DNA of 64,000 nucleotides from an uncultured virus (IMG/VR IMGVR_UViG_3300020183_000055) (IMGVR_UViG_3300020183_000055:1-64000); one strand, 5' to 3'. Positions 36,880 to 47,011 are shown, counted from the first letter of the stretch. A program made the numbers and translations. The notes: generated by a model from the letters alone, not told the origin.

Positions 36880-37056
36880 TTACGCTTTGTTTTTTTCCTC
36901 TTGGATTTCAAGCCTAAGTTGCTGAGCCAGTTTTTTCAGTTCTTGCAAAGACTGTCTAACACGGGTGCCAGCAGACATATTGCCTTTAACTGAAAATTTC
37001 ACATAATCAGTTTCAACTGTTTCTACCAAAGATTTGATTGCTTCAAATGTTTGCAT
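36880..37056 (-). CDS. Histone H1-like (Hc1 family) small protein, absent from the supplied ORF track
   Basis: Hand translation: MQTFEAIKSLVETVETDYVKFSVKGNMSAGTRVRQSLQELKKLAQQLRLEIQEEKNKA (58 aa), with KGNxxAGTRxR motif. Confidence 0.8.
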   Translation of the reverse strand: MQTFEAIKSLVETVETDYVKFSVKGNMSAGTRVRQSLQELKKLAQQLRLEIQEEKNKA

Positions 37057-37133
37057 GATAATTGGTTTTTTGTTTTATTTTAGATCAAAAATTCTAAAAA
37101 GTTCCCATTTTTGGATGCATAAGTTCGATTTTT

Positions 37134-37667
37134 TTATCGATTCCAAAGGTAAATCTTTTTTGACGATCCATCTTGCATGTGCCAATCTTCTCCTAAAGCA
37201 AAAGAAAGCAGAGATTTAGAATATGCTCCATAGTTCTTGATATCCAAGTTAAAATTCATTTCGTCAACCATTCTGATGATTTTTGGATTTTTCTCCAGGT
37301 AGCTGGAAATACACTTTCCAATTTGTTCGAATAATCTTGAGAGTTCACCCCCGGATAATTTGAAAGAAACTTTGTTTTTTTCTGGCAAGCTTCCCTTGTT
37401 GATGGCTATGTCTTCAATAACTTCTGTTCCAATTTTGTTGATATTCAAAACAGCATATGAATTTTTAGGTCCATCCATCGACTCGTATTGTGAATACTTA
37501 CCAATCATAAGACAAAATCCCTCTGGGTCTTCTTTTTCTCTTTCCAATTGGAAAAAATAGTAATAAACATCACCTTCTTTTTTAAGCAAGAAGGGCATAG
37601 TTCCAAAGCCATCGGCCTCGTTCAAATTTTTGGATAGAAAATCTGTATAATTGAATAAATTTTTCAC
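37134..37667 (-). CDS. Hypothetical protein with a capsid-targeting-like leader
   Basis: KNLFNYTDFLSKNLNEA; GATATATA at 37685-37692. Confidence 0.65.
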   Translation of the reverse strand: MKNLFNYTDFLSKNLNEADGFGTMPFLLKKEGDVYYYFFQLEREKEDPEGFCLMIGKYSQYESMDGPKNSYAVLNINKIGTEVIEDIAINKGSLPEKNKVSFKLSGGELSRLFEQIGKCISSYLEKNPKIIRMVDEMNFNLDIKNYGAYSKSLLSFALGEDWHMQDGSSKKIYLWNR

Positions 37668-37691
37668 AGTGGATCTTTTTTGTGTATATAT

Positions 37692-39605
37692 CTATTTTTT
37701 TTTCAGCTCTGAGACCAAACCCGAATATAAATTGAGAACCGATTTTGGAAGCATCTTTTTCAATGAGGAATAATCTTCTTCTTCCAATTTAGATCTCACC
37801 TCTGTGGCAGATGTGCTTCTTGGTGTTTCAACCAATTTGAATCCTTCCGGTAATTTATCAAACAACTCTGTTTTTTTGATGTATTCCATCTGTTTGGCAT
37901 AATCGTCCTGTCGATCTTCACCTGCACCAACAAGATGAGGTTCAAATCCCATCTCAACCAATTTATTCACCGCAGATCCCAACAAACCCCTTGGAACAAT
38001 CATGTAGTCTTTTAACACATCACCATGTTCTTTCACCACAGCATCCATGTACTGATTTATTGTTTGCTCGCCAAATGGGGATTTTCCGCTCTTATTGTGT
38101 CCCGGATAAACAACGATCACAAAAGAAGGTAATTTATTTTTCTCGTGTAATTTTTTAGCCATATTCAGATGACCCAAATGGAAAGGCTGAAAACGACCCA
38201 CAATAACGTTGATCTTTTTGTCTTCTTCCTTCTCAACCAACGGCTCTTCTCCTTTATTTGAGTGTTGGTCGATGCTTTCTAATTTTGAAATGAAATCATC
38301 GAATGAAAGTAAAGGATTCTCGTTCTTCTCTGAATCCTCGCTTTCTTCCAACACATATTGGACATTGGGCTTTGAATCCTTTTGAAAATCCAAAAAACTA
38401 ACAAATTCTGATTCGTTGACTGCTTTTTTAGGACGTTCGATATGATCTTTAATTTCTTGAATTAGCAAATTTAGCTGGGCCAGAGTTCCAGAGGTAACAA
38501 TGCCAGAAGCACGGGTTTTAAGTTTTCTGAATGAATTTAACATCAGCTTGTACAGTGACTCGTATGCCTCGTCTTCTTCGACAAATTTAGCAACCCTACG
38601 ATCCCTGATTAAATCCCGATTCAACCTGAACTCGGGCTTCTTCAAATAATCAGGTTCTTCAAAGTCTGTCCCTTTATATTTATCGGAATTTTCATCCAAA
38701 AATTTAGCAAAAACATCAGAAATGAAAGAAATATATCTTTCGTCTTCCCCCTGACCTTCAACCTCGAAAGAATCTACACCTTGTTGAAGGATAAAATTCA
38801 TGACGTCCAAAAGTGTGATCCCAAGAAAATCAGAAGGCTTTTTATCCTTCTTTTCTTGATATTTAGTTTTGGCTAAATCGGTGAACAGTGGATCTACCAT
38901 TTTGGCCAGCACAGTTTCGTTCTCCGAGTTTGGTTCTCCAAATCTGAATACCACTCCTTCGACGTCTTTATCTAAATCATCGTTCAGGGCGGATGATTTC
39001 AATTTTGGATTCAAAACAGAAATGATGAATCTAACAAAACTCTGTGTTTGAAAACGGGAAACCAACTGTGGAAATGGGGTTGCCAAAAATTCGGTCAGCT
39101 GCTCTTTTTGTGTTTCATTCAGATATCCTTGGAAAATGATTGGACTTCTTTCCACTCCGAGAAGATCTGCCCAGGTATCCAACTTGTCTTTTTGTTGAAT
39201 TGTTTTGGCAATCTTTCCGTGTAAATCCATTTTGTGGACAAAAGAAAGAATGAGGTGATTCTTGGGAATTCTATCGTAAACAATTTCAACCGGACTTGTG
39301 TTGGCAAAATATTCAAAACCGAATCTCCATCCTCTTGGAATTTTCTCTAAAATATCAGGAGGCAAGGATTCGATGTACTGGATTGGTTTTTCATAATACT
39401 TCATCAACGTCCTGTCGACCAATGTTATGGGATTTCTTTGATCTCTACGATAAAAATTAAATTTTCCAGTGTCCAGATCTCTTTCAAAACAAAAGGCAGA
39501 CCCATCCATCTTTTCGTTGATGGTAACAAATTGAGAAAAGAGAGATTGAGTAAACTCCGCTCCTTTCTTATTGTACATATCATATAGGTGATTAATTCCT
39601 GCCAT
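37692..39605 (-). CDS. Fusion of an RNA-ligase-like covalent nucleotidyltransferase and an HxGH cytidyltransferase/NMNAT-like domain
   Basis: INEKMDGS (motif I), FGFEYF, VEGVVFR (IV) and LAKMV (V); C-terminal VGRFQPFHLGH, GAGEDR and RSTSATEVR. Confidence 0.7.
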   Translation of the reverse strand: MAGINHLYDMYNKKGAEFTQSLFSQFVTINEKMDGSAFCFERDLDTGKFNFYRRDQRNPITLVDRTLMKYYEKPIQYIESLPPDILEKIPRGWRFGFEYFANTSPVEIVYDRIPKNHLILSFVHKMDLHGKIAKTIQQKDKLDTWADLLGVERSPIIFQGYLNETQKEQLTEFLATPFPQLVSRFQTQSFVRFIISVLNPKLKSSALNDDLDKDVEGVVFRFGEPNSENETVLAKMVDPLFTDLAKTKYQEKKDKKPSDFLGITLLDVMNFILQQGVDSFEVEGQGEDERYISFISDVFAKFLDENSDKYKGTDFEEPDYLKKPEFRLNRDLIRDRRVAKFVEEDEAYESLYKLMLNSFRKLKTRASGIVTSGTLAQLNLLIQEIKDHIERPKKAVNESEFVSFLDFQKDSKPNVQYVLEESEDSEKNENPLLSFDDFISKLESIDQHSNKGEEPLVEKEEDKKINVIVGRFQPFHLGHLNMAKKLHEKNKLPSFVIVVYPGHNKSGKSPFGEQTINQYMDAVVKEHGDVLKDYMIVPRGLLGSAVNKLVEMGFEPHLVGAGEDRQDDYAKQMEYIKKTELFDKLPEGFKLVETPRSTSATEVRSKLEEEDYSSLKKMLPKSVLNLYSGLVSELKKK

Positions 39606-39608
39606 AAT

Positions 39609-40037
39609 TTATTTATTTAATGGGAGATCCTTTACAAATGTAAATATCCCAAACGCCTTTTCCATTTCTTTGTTTAAATCTTCAACCAGATCCAAATGAA
39701 TAACCTGACTAATTCCTTCGATAATTTTTCTAACAAAGATCTTTGATTTTAACTGTAAAGGAGAATTCCAAGCCAAAATAAGTTTAGGAAGGTAAATCTG
39801 AATTCCTGGAGGATCAAAATTTTCGAAATCAATCAATTCGAAGACCTTTTTTTCCAAAGTGTAAATTACCTCGTTGTTCAACACGATTTTTCTGTCCCCG
39901 TGTTTTGTTTTGATAATTAAACCAGAAGAACCGTTTTCTGTTTTGAACAGCACCAACTTTCCATCTCTGACGACCGCCTGGGGGGAATCGCCATCAAGGA
40001 AAAAATCCAAGGCCGTGTACAAAGGATCAAACATCAT
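39609..40037 (-). CDS. Hypothetical protein
   Basis: Likely start MMFDPLY at 40037, overlapping the upstream stop. Confidence 0.55.
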   Translation of the reverse strand: MMFDPLYTALDFFLDGDSPQAVVRDGKLVLFKTENGSSGLIIKTKHGDRKIVLNNEVIYTLEKKVFELIDFENFDPPGIQIYLPKLILAWNSPLQLKSKIFVRKIIEGISQVIHLDLVEDLNKEMEKAFGIFTFVKDLPLNK

Positions 40038-40965
40038 CTGGCACCAAATTTTGTTTTGCCTGTACCTCGGAGGGAATTGGTAATTTAGCATTTTCTAGAT
40101 ATCTGACAAAGTCTTCCATGATTTCTGGAAATCTATCGTTATAAACATAATTGAGAGAAGTAACTTGGGACCAGGCATCTTCGAATGTTTTTACTTGATC
40201 GGGTCTAATTCCTGGCCCAAACATAAGTTCTACTGCCTCTTTTGGATCGTTGGTAATAAATTGGGCTGTTCCTTCTATGGTTTGTGGCCGGGAAAGTCTG
40301 GGTTTTTTGATTCCACGATATGATTTTTTTGATTTGAAAATTCCTTCGCTTAATCTCAAAACATAACCTTCGTAATCCATGATATTTCCATCATCGTCCA
40401 CACTTTCTACCTCTTTCAAAGAGGAAAGAATGGCCTGAAATAGCCAATTTCTATGGGCAGATTTGTAAACAGATTCGTCCAGACGATAGTCTGGAGAGTA
40501 ATAAATAAACCTTGCCCAATCCATATCGGATAGAGGAATAAGGTCGAGCTGAACAATACCTCTTTCAGGCTCTCCTCCAATAGGCCATCCGATAGAAAGT
40601 ACACCCAATCCCTTCATTAACTTCATTTCGGGTTCAAATCCAAGAAATTCTGGTAATTCTGATTTCAAATATTGTTCCAAATCTACCAGAACATTTTCGG
40701 GTGTAGAACCCATTTGATCCACAAGAAATTCCTTTGAAATACCTAAATCAACGTCTCCCGAGTCATCTTCCGGATTTTTCTTTTTTCCAATACTTCCGAT
40801 GAGCAAAAAATCTTCATCGAAATTACCACCACCTAAAAGGGGAAATAAAGTTGATTCGATGTGGTCCAGTGTGGACTGTGCTTCGTCCTCTCGAATTCTA
40901 CGTGAGGATTTGATGGCAGATCCGCCTTCGTTTAATCTCATAAATTGGTTAAAATTAGCAATCAT
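40027..40965 (-). CDS. Pol-beta-superfamily nucleotidyltransferase
   Basis: LIGSIGKK...SGDVDLGI...VQLDLI (GS, DxD and third Asp); leader ANFNQFMRLNE. Confidence 0.65.
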   Translation of the reverse strand: MIANFNQFMRLNEGGSAIKSSRRIREDEAQSTLDHIESTLFPLLGGGNFDEDFLLIGSIGKKKNPEDDSGDVDLGISKEFLVDQMGSTPENVLVDLEQYLKSELPEFLGFEPEMKLMKGLGVLSIGWPIGGEPERGIVQLDLIPLSDMDWARFIYYSPDYRLDESVYKSAHRNWLFQAILSSLKEVESVDDDGNIMDYEGYVLRLSEGIFKSKKSYRGIKKPRLSRPQTIEGTAQFITNDPKEAVELMFGPGIRPDQVKTFEDAWSQVTSLNYVYNDRFPEIMEDFVRYLENAKLPIPSEVQAKQNLVPDDV

Positions 40966-41448
40966 TTAGTCTATGTCAAAATATGATCTTGATCTTCTAA
41001 GATAATCTCGGTATTTTCTCTGTTCTCTGGTTCTGGGTTTTTCAACATCAAAATCAGGACCGAAAGTTTCTTTGCCGGAGTAAATGGATTTGGTGTAAAA
41101 ATCTTCATAATCTTTTTGTTTGTTCTTACCGCTGGACTGGATATTTTCACCCCACCGGCTGAAAGCTTCCTCTTCGCCTTTTGAACCCGAATTAAATTTA
41201 TCTCCAATGGCACCAAAAATTGCTTTGCCAGCCTTTGAGAGACCAATTCCAATACCACCCAAAATTCTTCCTAGAGCTCCTTCCGGGTTGTCTATACTGG
41301 CATCCGTCCAGCTCGAGGATCCTCTCCAAGTTTCCCCACCTATTTCGGGAACTTTGGCTCTAATTCTAGCTTCCAAATCTTCCCATTTTTTCCGGGTTGA
41401 ATTTTCGTTTATGAAATTGAATTCATCGAATTTAAGTAATGGAGGCAT
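40966..41448 (-). CDS. Hypothetical protein with a capsid-targeting-like leader
   Basis: PLLKFDEFNFINE; GATATATA at 41467-41474. Confidence 0.6.
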   Translation of the reverse strand: MPPLLKFDEFNFINENSTRKKWEDLEARIRAKVPEIGGETWRGSSSWTDASIDNPEGALGRILGGIGIGLSKAGKAIFGAIGDKFNSGSKGEEEAFSRWGENIQSSGKNKQKDYEDFYTKSIYSGKETFGPDFDVEKPRTREQRKYRDYLRRSRSYFDID

Positions 41449-41483
41449 ACCAAATTTAATTTTACCTATATATCTTCTTTCGA

Positions 41484-43007
41484 TTACAGCTTTACCTTGA
41501 AAATTTGGTACTTGAATTTTTCGTTTTTGTAAATTTCAATTCTTGCCTGCCCGTGTTTCATTAAATAATTTGTGTATTTTGGGGAGGAAAAATCATCCAC
41601 AAAATCGATGACATTCACCTTCTCCTTTCCCTCCATCAACCTCATACCTCTGCCGAGACTTTGCTTGATCAGAATCTCGCTCTTGTAGGATTCTACCAGA
41701 AAAATGTTGTGAAGGTTATTGATGGAAATACCGGTGGCAAAGGTTCCGAAAGTGGCAACAAGGATTTTATTTTCTCCATCCCCCATTCTGGATTTGTACT
41801 CTTCCCTCAATTTTTCATCCGTGTCGCCGTCCACATAGAAAACCTCTTTCGAGGAATCTAGTTCTCTCAGACGATTCCAAATTTGTTTTCCATATTCGTC
41901 CTTAACGGATTGAAAAAGAACCAAAGAATTTTTAGAAGTTTTGGCCACAAAATCCACGATGTAGGCAAGTCTCTTTTCGCTTTCCACCACCATCTTTCTT
42001 TCAATGTTGTAAATTTCTGTTCCTTCTAAATTTTGGGAGGTGAATTTAAGCTGGGCTAGTTTGTCCTTGATTTCAGAATCTAACCAGTCGAGCATCACAA
42101 CTTTGATTGCCACCGGAGTAGCGTGTTTGTTTTGGAACAAAAAGTCGGGGGATATCTCCACAATGACCGGACCTAAAAATTGCTGGATCGTAAGATGGTC
42201 TGCCGTTCCCCTCTTGGTAAGAGTCCCGGTTAGTCCAAAACGCCACCCGGTCCCCATACATTTCGACATGATTTTCTTGATGGACATAGAATTAGTGTGA
42301 TGGGCCTCATCCACAAAAACGGCGTCTATGCCCTCAAAGAAATCTTGTTCTTGTTTCACCAAAGACTGAAATGTTCCGATGATAATGTCACAGCCTTCTC
42401 TTATCTTGCTACCCCCACCTATCTGTTGTATCTTTACTCCAAGTTCCCCGATCCCATAATCCAAAAAGTCGTCGTTTCCTTGAAAAACAAGATTGGTGCT
42501 GGGAACCACCATCAGGAATTTTCGAATCAAATTCCTAGATTTTAGAAAAGTCAAAATCATGAAGGCAATGAGTGTTTTACCAGATGAAGTTGCTATCTCA
42601 GAAACCGAATAACGATATTTGACGATCTTCCAGGCGGCCTCAATCTGATAGTCCCTTGGTTTTATTTCTTTGTTTTCAAAAAATTCGTTCACCCAATTTT
42701 GGAATTCCTCCAAAGTCAGATCTGAAAGTAGCAATGAATCCAGGCCTTCTATCTGAACTTCATATCCGAATTCTTTTCCTATGTTAAAGATCTCCATCCA
42801 TAGACCTATCGGAACTCTCCAAACCAAACCTTTTTTTTCTACAAAACAAATGTTTCCATCCCAGATTTTTTTCTTGACCAGAGGATGGAAAAACCAATTG
42901 TGAACTTTTCTTGTTAGAGAAATCTCAATTTGTCTTTTTTCTACTTCCGTGACAAGATTGCTCATGATGAGCCACTGGCGATCTTCGGAAACTGTAAACT
43001 TCAACAT
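41484..43007 (-). CDS. uvsW: UvsW-like SF2 DNA helicase
   Basis: PRDYQ, ATSSGKT, VDEAH, RFGLTGT, GTFATGISI and KQSLGRGMR. Confidence 0.85.
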   Translation of the reverse strand: MLKFTVSEDRQWLIMSNLVTEVEKRQIEISLTRKVHNWFFHPLVKKKIWDGNICFVEKKGLVWRVPIGLWMEIFNIGKEFGYEVQIEGLDSLLLSDLTLEEFQNWVNEFFENKEIKPRDYQIEAAWKIVKYRYSVSEIATSSGKTLIAFMILTFLKSRNLIRKFLMVVPSTNLVFQGNDDFLDYGIGELGVKIQQIGGGSKIREGCDIIIGTFQSLVKQEQDFFEGIDAVFVDEAHHTNSMSIKKIMSKCMGTGWRFGLTGTLTKRGTADHLTIQQFLGPVIVEISPDFLFQNKHATPVAIKVVMLDWLDSEIKDKLAQLKFTSQNLEGTEIYNIERKMVVESEKRLAYIVDFVAKTSKNSLVLFQSVKDEYGKQIWNRLRELDSSKEVFYVDGDTDEKLREEYKSRMGDGENKILVATFGTFATGISINNLHNIFLVESYKSEILIKQSLGRGMRLMEGKEKVNVIDFVDDFSSPKYTNYLMKHGQARIEIYKNEKFKYQIFKVKL

Positions 43008-43019
43008 GCTCAGGTGAAA

Positions 43020-43457
43020 TTATTTTATTGTGCTTCCTCTCAGATATTCTTCCAAAGAAACTCTTTGTTTTATCCCATATAGCATGTGGTCAACAGTTTG
43101 AACAGTCTGATCCATGAATTTACGGTGTCCTTCTACGAGTTCTATTTTTTGTGTTATCTCGGCAAGATCTCCTTCGATTAGAGTTTTGGTTTCATTGCTA
43201 CCATACCTGATATCTTTGTTTTCCTGGTATTCCTTCAACTTTTTTGCCCTTTCTTGTCTTTCTCTTGATGAAAGCTTGGAAATGATCGATGCCAGTTTGA
43301 AGCTGTACTCGATCAAAATTTGTCTGGTGCTAAAAAGTTCGATTTGTGCCTCTGCCACAGTTCTGATGTTCTTCAAACTTAAAGAAATAACCTGGATTTT
43401 TTCTCTCCATTCGGCTCTTTCCGATTCGAAAACTTTGTGAAAATCTGTATCTGCCAC
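43020..43457 (-). CDS. uvsY: UvsY-like recombination mediator
   Basis: Helical 145-aa protein with LIEGD...VDHMLYGIKQRV; adjacent to uvsW as in T4-like phages. Confidence 0.6.
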   Translation of the reverse strand: MADTDFHKVFESERAEWREKIQVISLSLKNIRTVAEAQIELFSTRQILIEYSFKLASIISKLSSRERQERAKKLKEYQENKDIRYGSNETKTLIEGDLAEITQKIELVEGHRKFMDQTVQTVDHMLYGIKQRVSLEEYLRGSTIK

Positions 43458-43459
43458 TT

Positions 43460-43669
43460 TTAGAATAATTGATTTCTGTTATTTTTTTTCTTTCTATTTA
43501 AATCTACTGGGATCGACTTCTTTTGTTTCAATTTAGGTTCTTCGTAAGATGCTAGATCTTCGATCACATTCAAAGAATGTAGTTCATCGACCTCATGGAG
43601 GGTGATAGGAAATTTCAGCCCATTTTGTTTTTTTGGTGGCTTCTCAGGATTATAATCGTGTAAGAACAT
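43460..43669 (-). CDS. Hypothetical protein
   Basis: 69-aa ORF packed in the operon. Confidence 0.5.
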   Translation of the reverse strand: MFLHDYNPEKPPKKQNGLKFPITLHEVDELHSLNVIEDLASYEEPKLKQKKSIPVDLNRKKKNNRNQLF

Positions 43670-43671
43670 GT

Positions 43672-44736
43672 TTAAACCTCCATGAAGTATGTTAGATCTA
43701 AAGTTTCTTTTGTGAAATAATCTTCAAATCTTCTGATCTTCAATTTCTTCAAACGAAGATAATTCACCAGATCGTTTAAATCCCACTTTTTGTCCAGGGG
43801 TAGGTTGTGATCTTCTAAAAATTTTCTCCAGTTGAAAACCAAATTTCCTTTGGTGAGCATTTCCAAAGATTTTGTTCTTCCTGCTTTATCCCAATCGTAC
43901 CAAAATCTGATGTCTTCAAATTCAAATGGAAATTTGTTTTCTATCGAACAAAGACCAACCGAATTTTCCCAGAACCAAGAATCCATTGGGCCCTCAAAAA
44001 TTGTGATCGTACGATCGAATGAAATTCGACCTATTCCAAAAACATGGGAGATAGGATCTATCTTACCACATTCCATTAAAAATTCAGGGTTGGTCTCGCC
44101 CATCATTTTCTCCCAGATCCCGCTCAACTTGTAGGTGTAATATTTAGAAGCCCTGGTTGATTTGGACATGGATCTGACCTGAAGACCTAAAATTTCTTCA
44201 TCTTTGGTCAAATTGAAAAGGAAAAGTCTTTCCTCCGCCGGATCCCATGCGAACCTGTGGTCAAGAACTTGATTTCTTCTTTTTAAATATCCGGCGATTG
44301 AAGAACCCTCAACATTTTCCAAATTCAAACGTTGTATTAAAACATTTCTGGGGATAACACATTTTTTGAAGTCGATTTCAAACAACATTGAAATATCAAC
44401 ATCCCCATAATGTGTTTTTCTTTTTTCTTTACTTTCCTTGACGATCTTAAGGATTTCTCTTCTATCTTCAGGATTCAGCTCAGACAGAACTTCAAAATCT
44501 GTAAAGAAAGCATAGCCATCTTTAAAAATACCACATCCCCCATTATAACACTTATAACACAAAGTGGTCAGATAAAAGTTTCCTCTCTTTTTCCTTCCCG
44601 TTGAACTGTCTCCACAGTAAGGACAAGAAAAATTGATTCTGTTGCCGGCCAGGTAAATTTTTTGTCTGGCAGAATCTCCAGGAAAGGATTTTCTGAGAAC
44701 AGTTTCGACTAGATTTTCTATTTTGGCGAGTTCCAT
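43672..44736 (-). CDS. DNA primase (T4 gp61-like)
   Basis: Zn finger NFSCPYCGDS...KRG...CYNGGC; TOPRIM IFEGPMDS, WYDWD and KWDLND. Confidence 0.85.
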   Translation of the reverse strand: MELAKIENLVETVLRKSFPGDSARQKIYLAGNRINFSCPYCGDSSTGRKKRGNFYLTTLCYKCYNGGCGIFKDGYAFFTDFEVLSELNPEDRREILKIVKESKEKRKTHYGDVDISMLFEIDFKKCVIPRNVLIQRLNLENVEGSSIAGYLKRRNQVLDHRFAWDPAEERLFLFNLTKDEEILGLQVRSMSKSTRASKYYTYKLSGIWEKMMGETNPEFLMECGKIDPISHVFGIGRISFDRTITIFEGPMDSWFWENSVGLCSIENKFPFEFEDIRFWYDWDKAGRTKSLEMLTKGNLVFNWRKFLEDHNLPLDKKWDLNDLVNYLRLKKLKIRRFEDYFTKETLDLTYFMEV

Positions 44737-44744
44737 AGTTTGAC

Positions 44745-44770
44745 AAAAAAGGGGAGGTTTCCCTCCCCTT
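44745..44770 (-). terminator. Rho-independent terminator after the SSB gene
   Basis: AAAAAAGGGGAGG-tttc-CCTCCCCTT. Confidence 0.75.
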
Positions 44771-44794
44771 GTGGTTTTAATTTAAGCATGCGAA

Positions 44795-45775
44795 TTAAAG
44801 ATCTGCGTATAGGTCATCCAAAGAAGAAGCATTTGTCGGTGCTGCTGGTCTTTTCAGACCTGCCTTTGATGCCTTTGCTGCCGGTTCTTCGTCCGGAACT
44901 GAACCTACTCTGGTTGAAGTTGCTTCTTCGTACAAAGAAGATGATTGGGCAGGGATCTCTGACCTAGAGGGGGAATGAGTAGATTTATTAACTCCTCCTA
45001 AAATTTCATTAACCAATCTTCCGTCTGGAACTGTGTTTCGAACAACCGCCATTACTTTTTCGGTCAAATCATCGTCCCAATCTTTGTACTCGAAGGCTGT
45101 GAGATTCGAAGGTCCAGATTCCAAATAGGCGGTGATTGCCCCCATGTCTTCCTGATTTTTCTTCATTTTCTTTCCGTCAATTTCAATGGCACATTTATCT
45201 CCGACGAAAGAACAGAGATCGTAGTTGTTCCATTCGCCAACTTTACGGGATTGGATAGAAAAAAGTTTTCCGCTAAAAAGATCGAATGGATTACAAGGAT
45301 CTCCATATTCTGGTTTTAACTGGGCTTCCAACATTTCGTTGAGCTTCTTACCAAATTTGAAAATCATAATTTTGCCTTCCAAGTCAGGATTGTTTTTGTC
45401 CTGTACAATTTGAATCAAGGCATAGTAATCTTCCTTGCGGCCGAATCCTTTTGCCAATTCTTGATCTGCTGCCGAATGAGAATTCTTCAATTTCCAAAAG
45501 ATGTCTTTTAAAATTGATTTTTTTCCCACCGTTGATGGGCAGTCGACCGAAAATCCATCACCTGTGGAGGGATCGGTCAGATACACGTAGTACTTGTGGA
45601 TTTTGGATTTAGCAGGATCCGAGATATTCGGAACGAATCTCACCAGTGCCTTGTAAACTCCATCTTTTCCATTTTCGGGGTAGGGCTTGTAGAATTCAGA
45701 TTCCTTACCTCCTTTCTCATTTGTTTTTGTTACAAAATTTTCCAAATCTAAATTGAAGATGTCCAAGTTGCTCAT
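44795..45775 (-). CDS. Single-stranded DNA-binding protein (T4 gp32-like)
   Basis: ALVRFVP, DKNNPDLEGKIMIFKFGKK, NPFDL and NNYD; acidic tail LDDLYADL. Confidence 0.85.
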   Translation of the reverse strand: MSNLDIFNLDLENFVTKTNEKGGKESEFYKPYPENGKDGVYKALVRFVPNISDPAKSKIHKYYVYLTDPSTGDGFSVDCPSTVGKKSILKDIFWKLKNSHSAADQELAKGFGRKEDYYALIQIVQDKNNPDLEGKIMIFKFGKKLNEMLEAQLKPEYGDPCNPFDLFSGKLFSIQSRKVGEWNNYDLCSFVGDKCAIEIDGKKMKKNQEDMGAITAYLESGPSNLTAFEYKDWDDDLTEKVMAVVRNTVPDGRLVNEILGGVNKSTHSPSRSEIPAQSSSLYEEATSTRVGSVPDEEPAAKASKAGLKRPAAPTNASSLDDLYADL

Positions 45776-45843
45776 AATTTTTTAAGTTTTTTTTTATTTG
45801 TGTGTTTAATTGCGTTCAAAATGAAAAGTTTCCTTTAATTTTC

Positions 45844-46308
45844 TTATATATCCTTATTTTTTTCTTTTTTTAATTTGTATTCGGCTATAAGATCCGAACA
45901 TATTCCATGACATGAATCGATTGGATCGTGATGAACCTCCGGCAAAACTGCGATTGAGCCGGGGATGGGCTGTCTTCCTGGATAAACCCAAACAAACCCA
46001 CGGCTGGTCAAGGTTGCCAGATCGGATTCGTGACAGAAATAGTGCAAGTCCGTTTTCATCATTTGAATCAAGGCGTCCTCGTTTTTAACGTGAATCCACA
46101 ATCCTTTTTCTCTTTGAATCAGCCAGCCCAAATCAACCGAATGTTTTCCCTCATCATGGCCCAAGAAAAATTTATTATCATAGGACCATAGATCTACCTC
46201 GACATCAAATCCAAGATCCAAAGCATTGTCAATATAATCTGGTCTATTTTCGAATTCTGGCATCGGTCCTGCCAAATTTCCCCGATGAGAAATGAATTTA
46301 AATTTCAT
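45844..46308 (-). CDS. Glycerophosphodiester phosphodiesterase-like (PLC-like TIM barrel) protein
   Basis: ISHRGN, ENRPDYI, FDVEVDLW, LGHD, WIHVKN and GICSD. Confidence 0.7.
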   Translation of the reverse strand: MKFKFISHRGNLAGPMPEFENRPDYIDNALDLGFDVEVDLWSYDNKFFLGHDEGKHSVDLGWLIQREKGLWIHVKNEDALIQMMKTDLHYFCHESDLATLTSRGFVWVYPGRQPIPGSIAVLPEVHHDPIDSCHGICSDLIAEYKLKKEKNKDI

Positions 46309-46978
46309 CGTTTGATTTTACTGATTTCATGTCCTGAAATAACTTCAGACAAATCCAGGTGGCGTCAACCAGATCATCCACTGGTTTATTTACACTTTTA
46401 GCCGGGGTTATCCATTGGGATTGATACATTCGAAGGGTTTTAGTGAATTCGTTCAAATTTGTTTCTGGAAGTTCATGCCCACACAATGAAAGATAAAGTT
46501 CATCCTTCTTGGCGTTTCCTTTGAATGCAAATTTTTTAACAGCAGTTGGAGAAAAAACGTGGAAATTATCACTTCCAATATTTTTCACAATTCTTTCTCT
46601 CATCAAGGAGGTTGCCATTGAAATATCAATCAAGGCATTACCATTGGACGCGAAACTTAATCCCTCCATTGCAATTTTTGTTTGGCCGGATTCAACGTGA
46701 TTTTTTATTTTTTCCCAGAAAAAATCAACAAGTTCTAAAAAATAATCAATTTTAACTCTTTCCTTTTCGGAATAATCATCTGGCATTACCCTTTTTTCCA
46801 AAACATCTAATTCGAAATTTTCAAATTTCGATAAAACTGCATAGGGTTTATCTGCAGATTTTGACAAGGATTTTAAATTTTTATCAGATCGGGTAACGCT
46901 AACCCAAAAAAATTTATTTTGATTCAAAACACAACAAGATGGAGAATTTAGGGAAAAATCTATCCCAAGATAAGTCAT
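46298..46978 (-). CDS. RuvC-like (RNase H fold) Holliday junction resolvase/endonuclease
   Basis: LGIDFSLNSP, IAMEGLSF, PTAVKKFA..GNAKKD and DDLVDA. Confidence 0.75.
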   Translation of the reverse strand: MTYLGIDFSLNSPSCCVLNQNKFFWVSVTRSDKNLKSLSKSADKPYAVLSKFENFELDVLEKRVMPDDYSEKERVKIDYFLELVDFFWEKIKNHVESGQTKIAMEGLSFASNGNALIDISMATSLMRERIVKNIGSDNFHVFSPTAVKKFAFKGNAKKDELYLSLCGHELPETNLNEFTKTLRMYQSQWITPAKSVNKPVDDLVDATWICLKLFQDMKSVKSNDEI

Positions 46979-47011
46979 AAATTTGAATTTTTAGAATTTA
47001 TATATTCGAAT

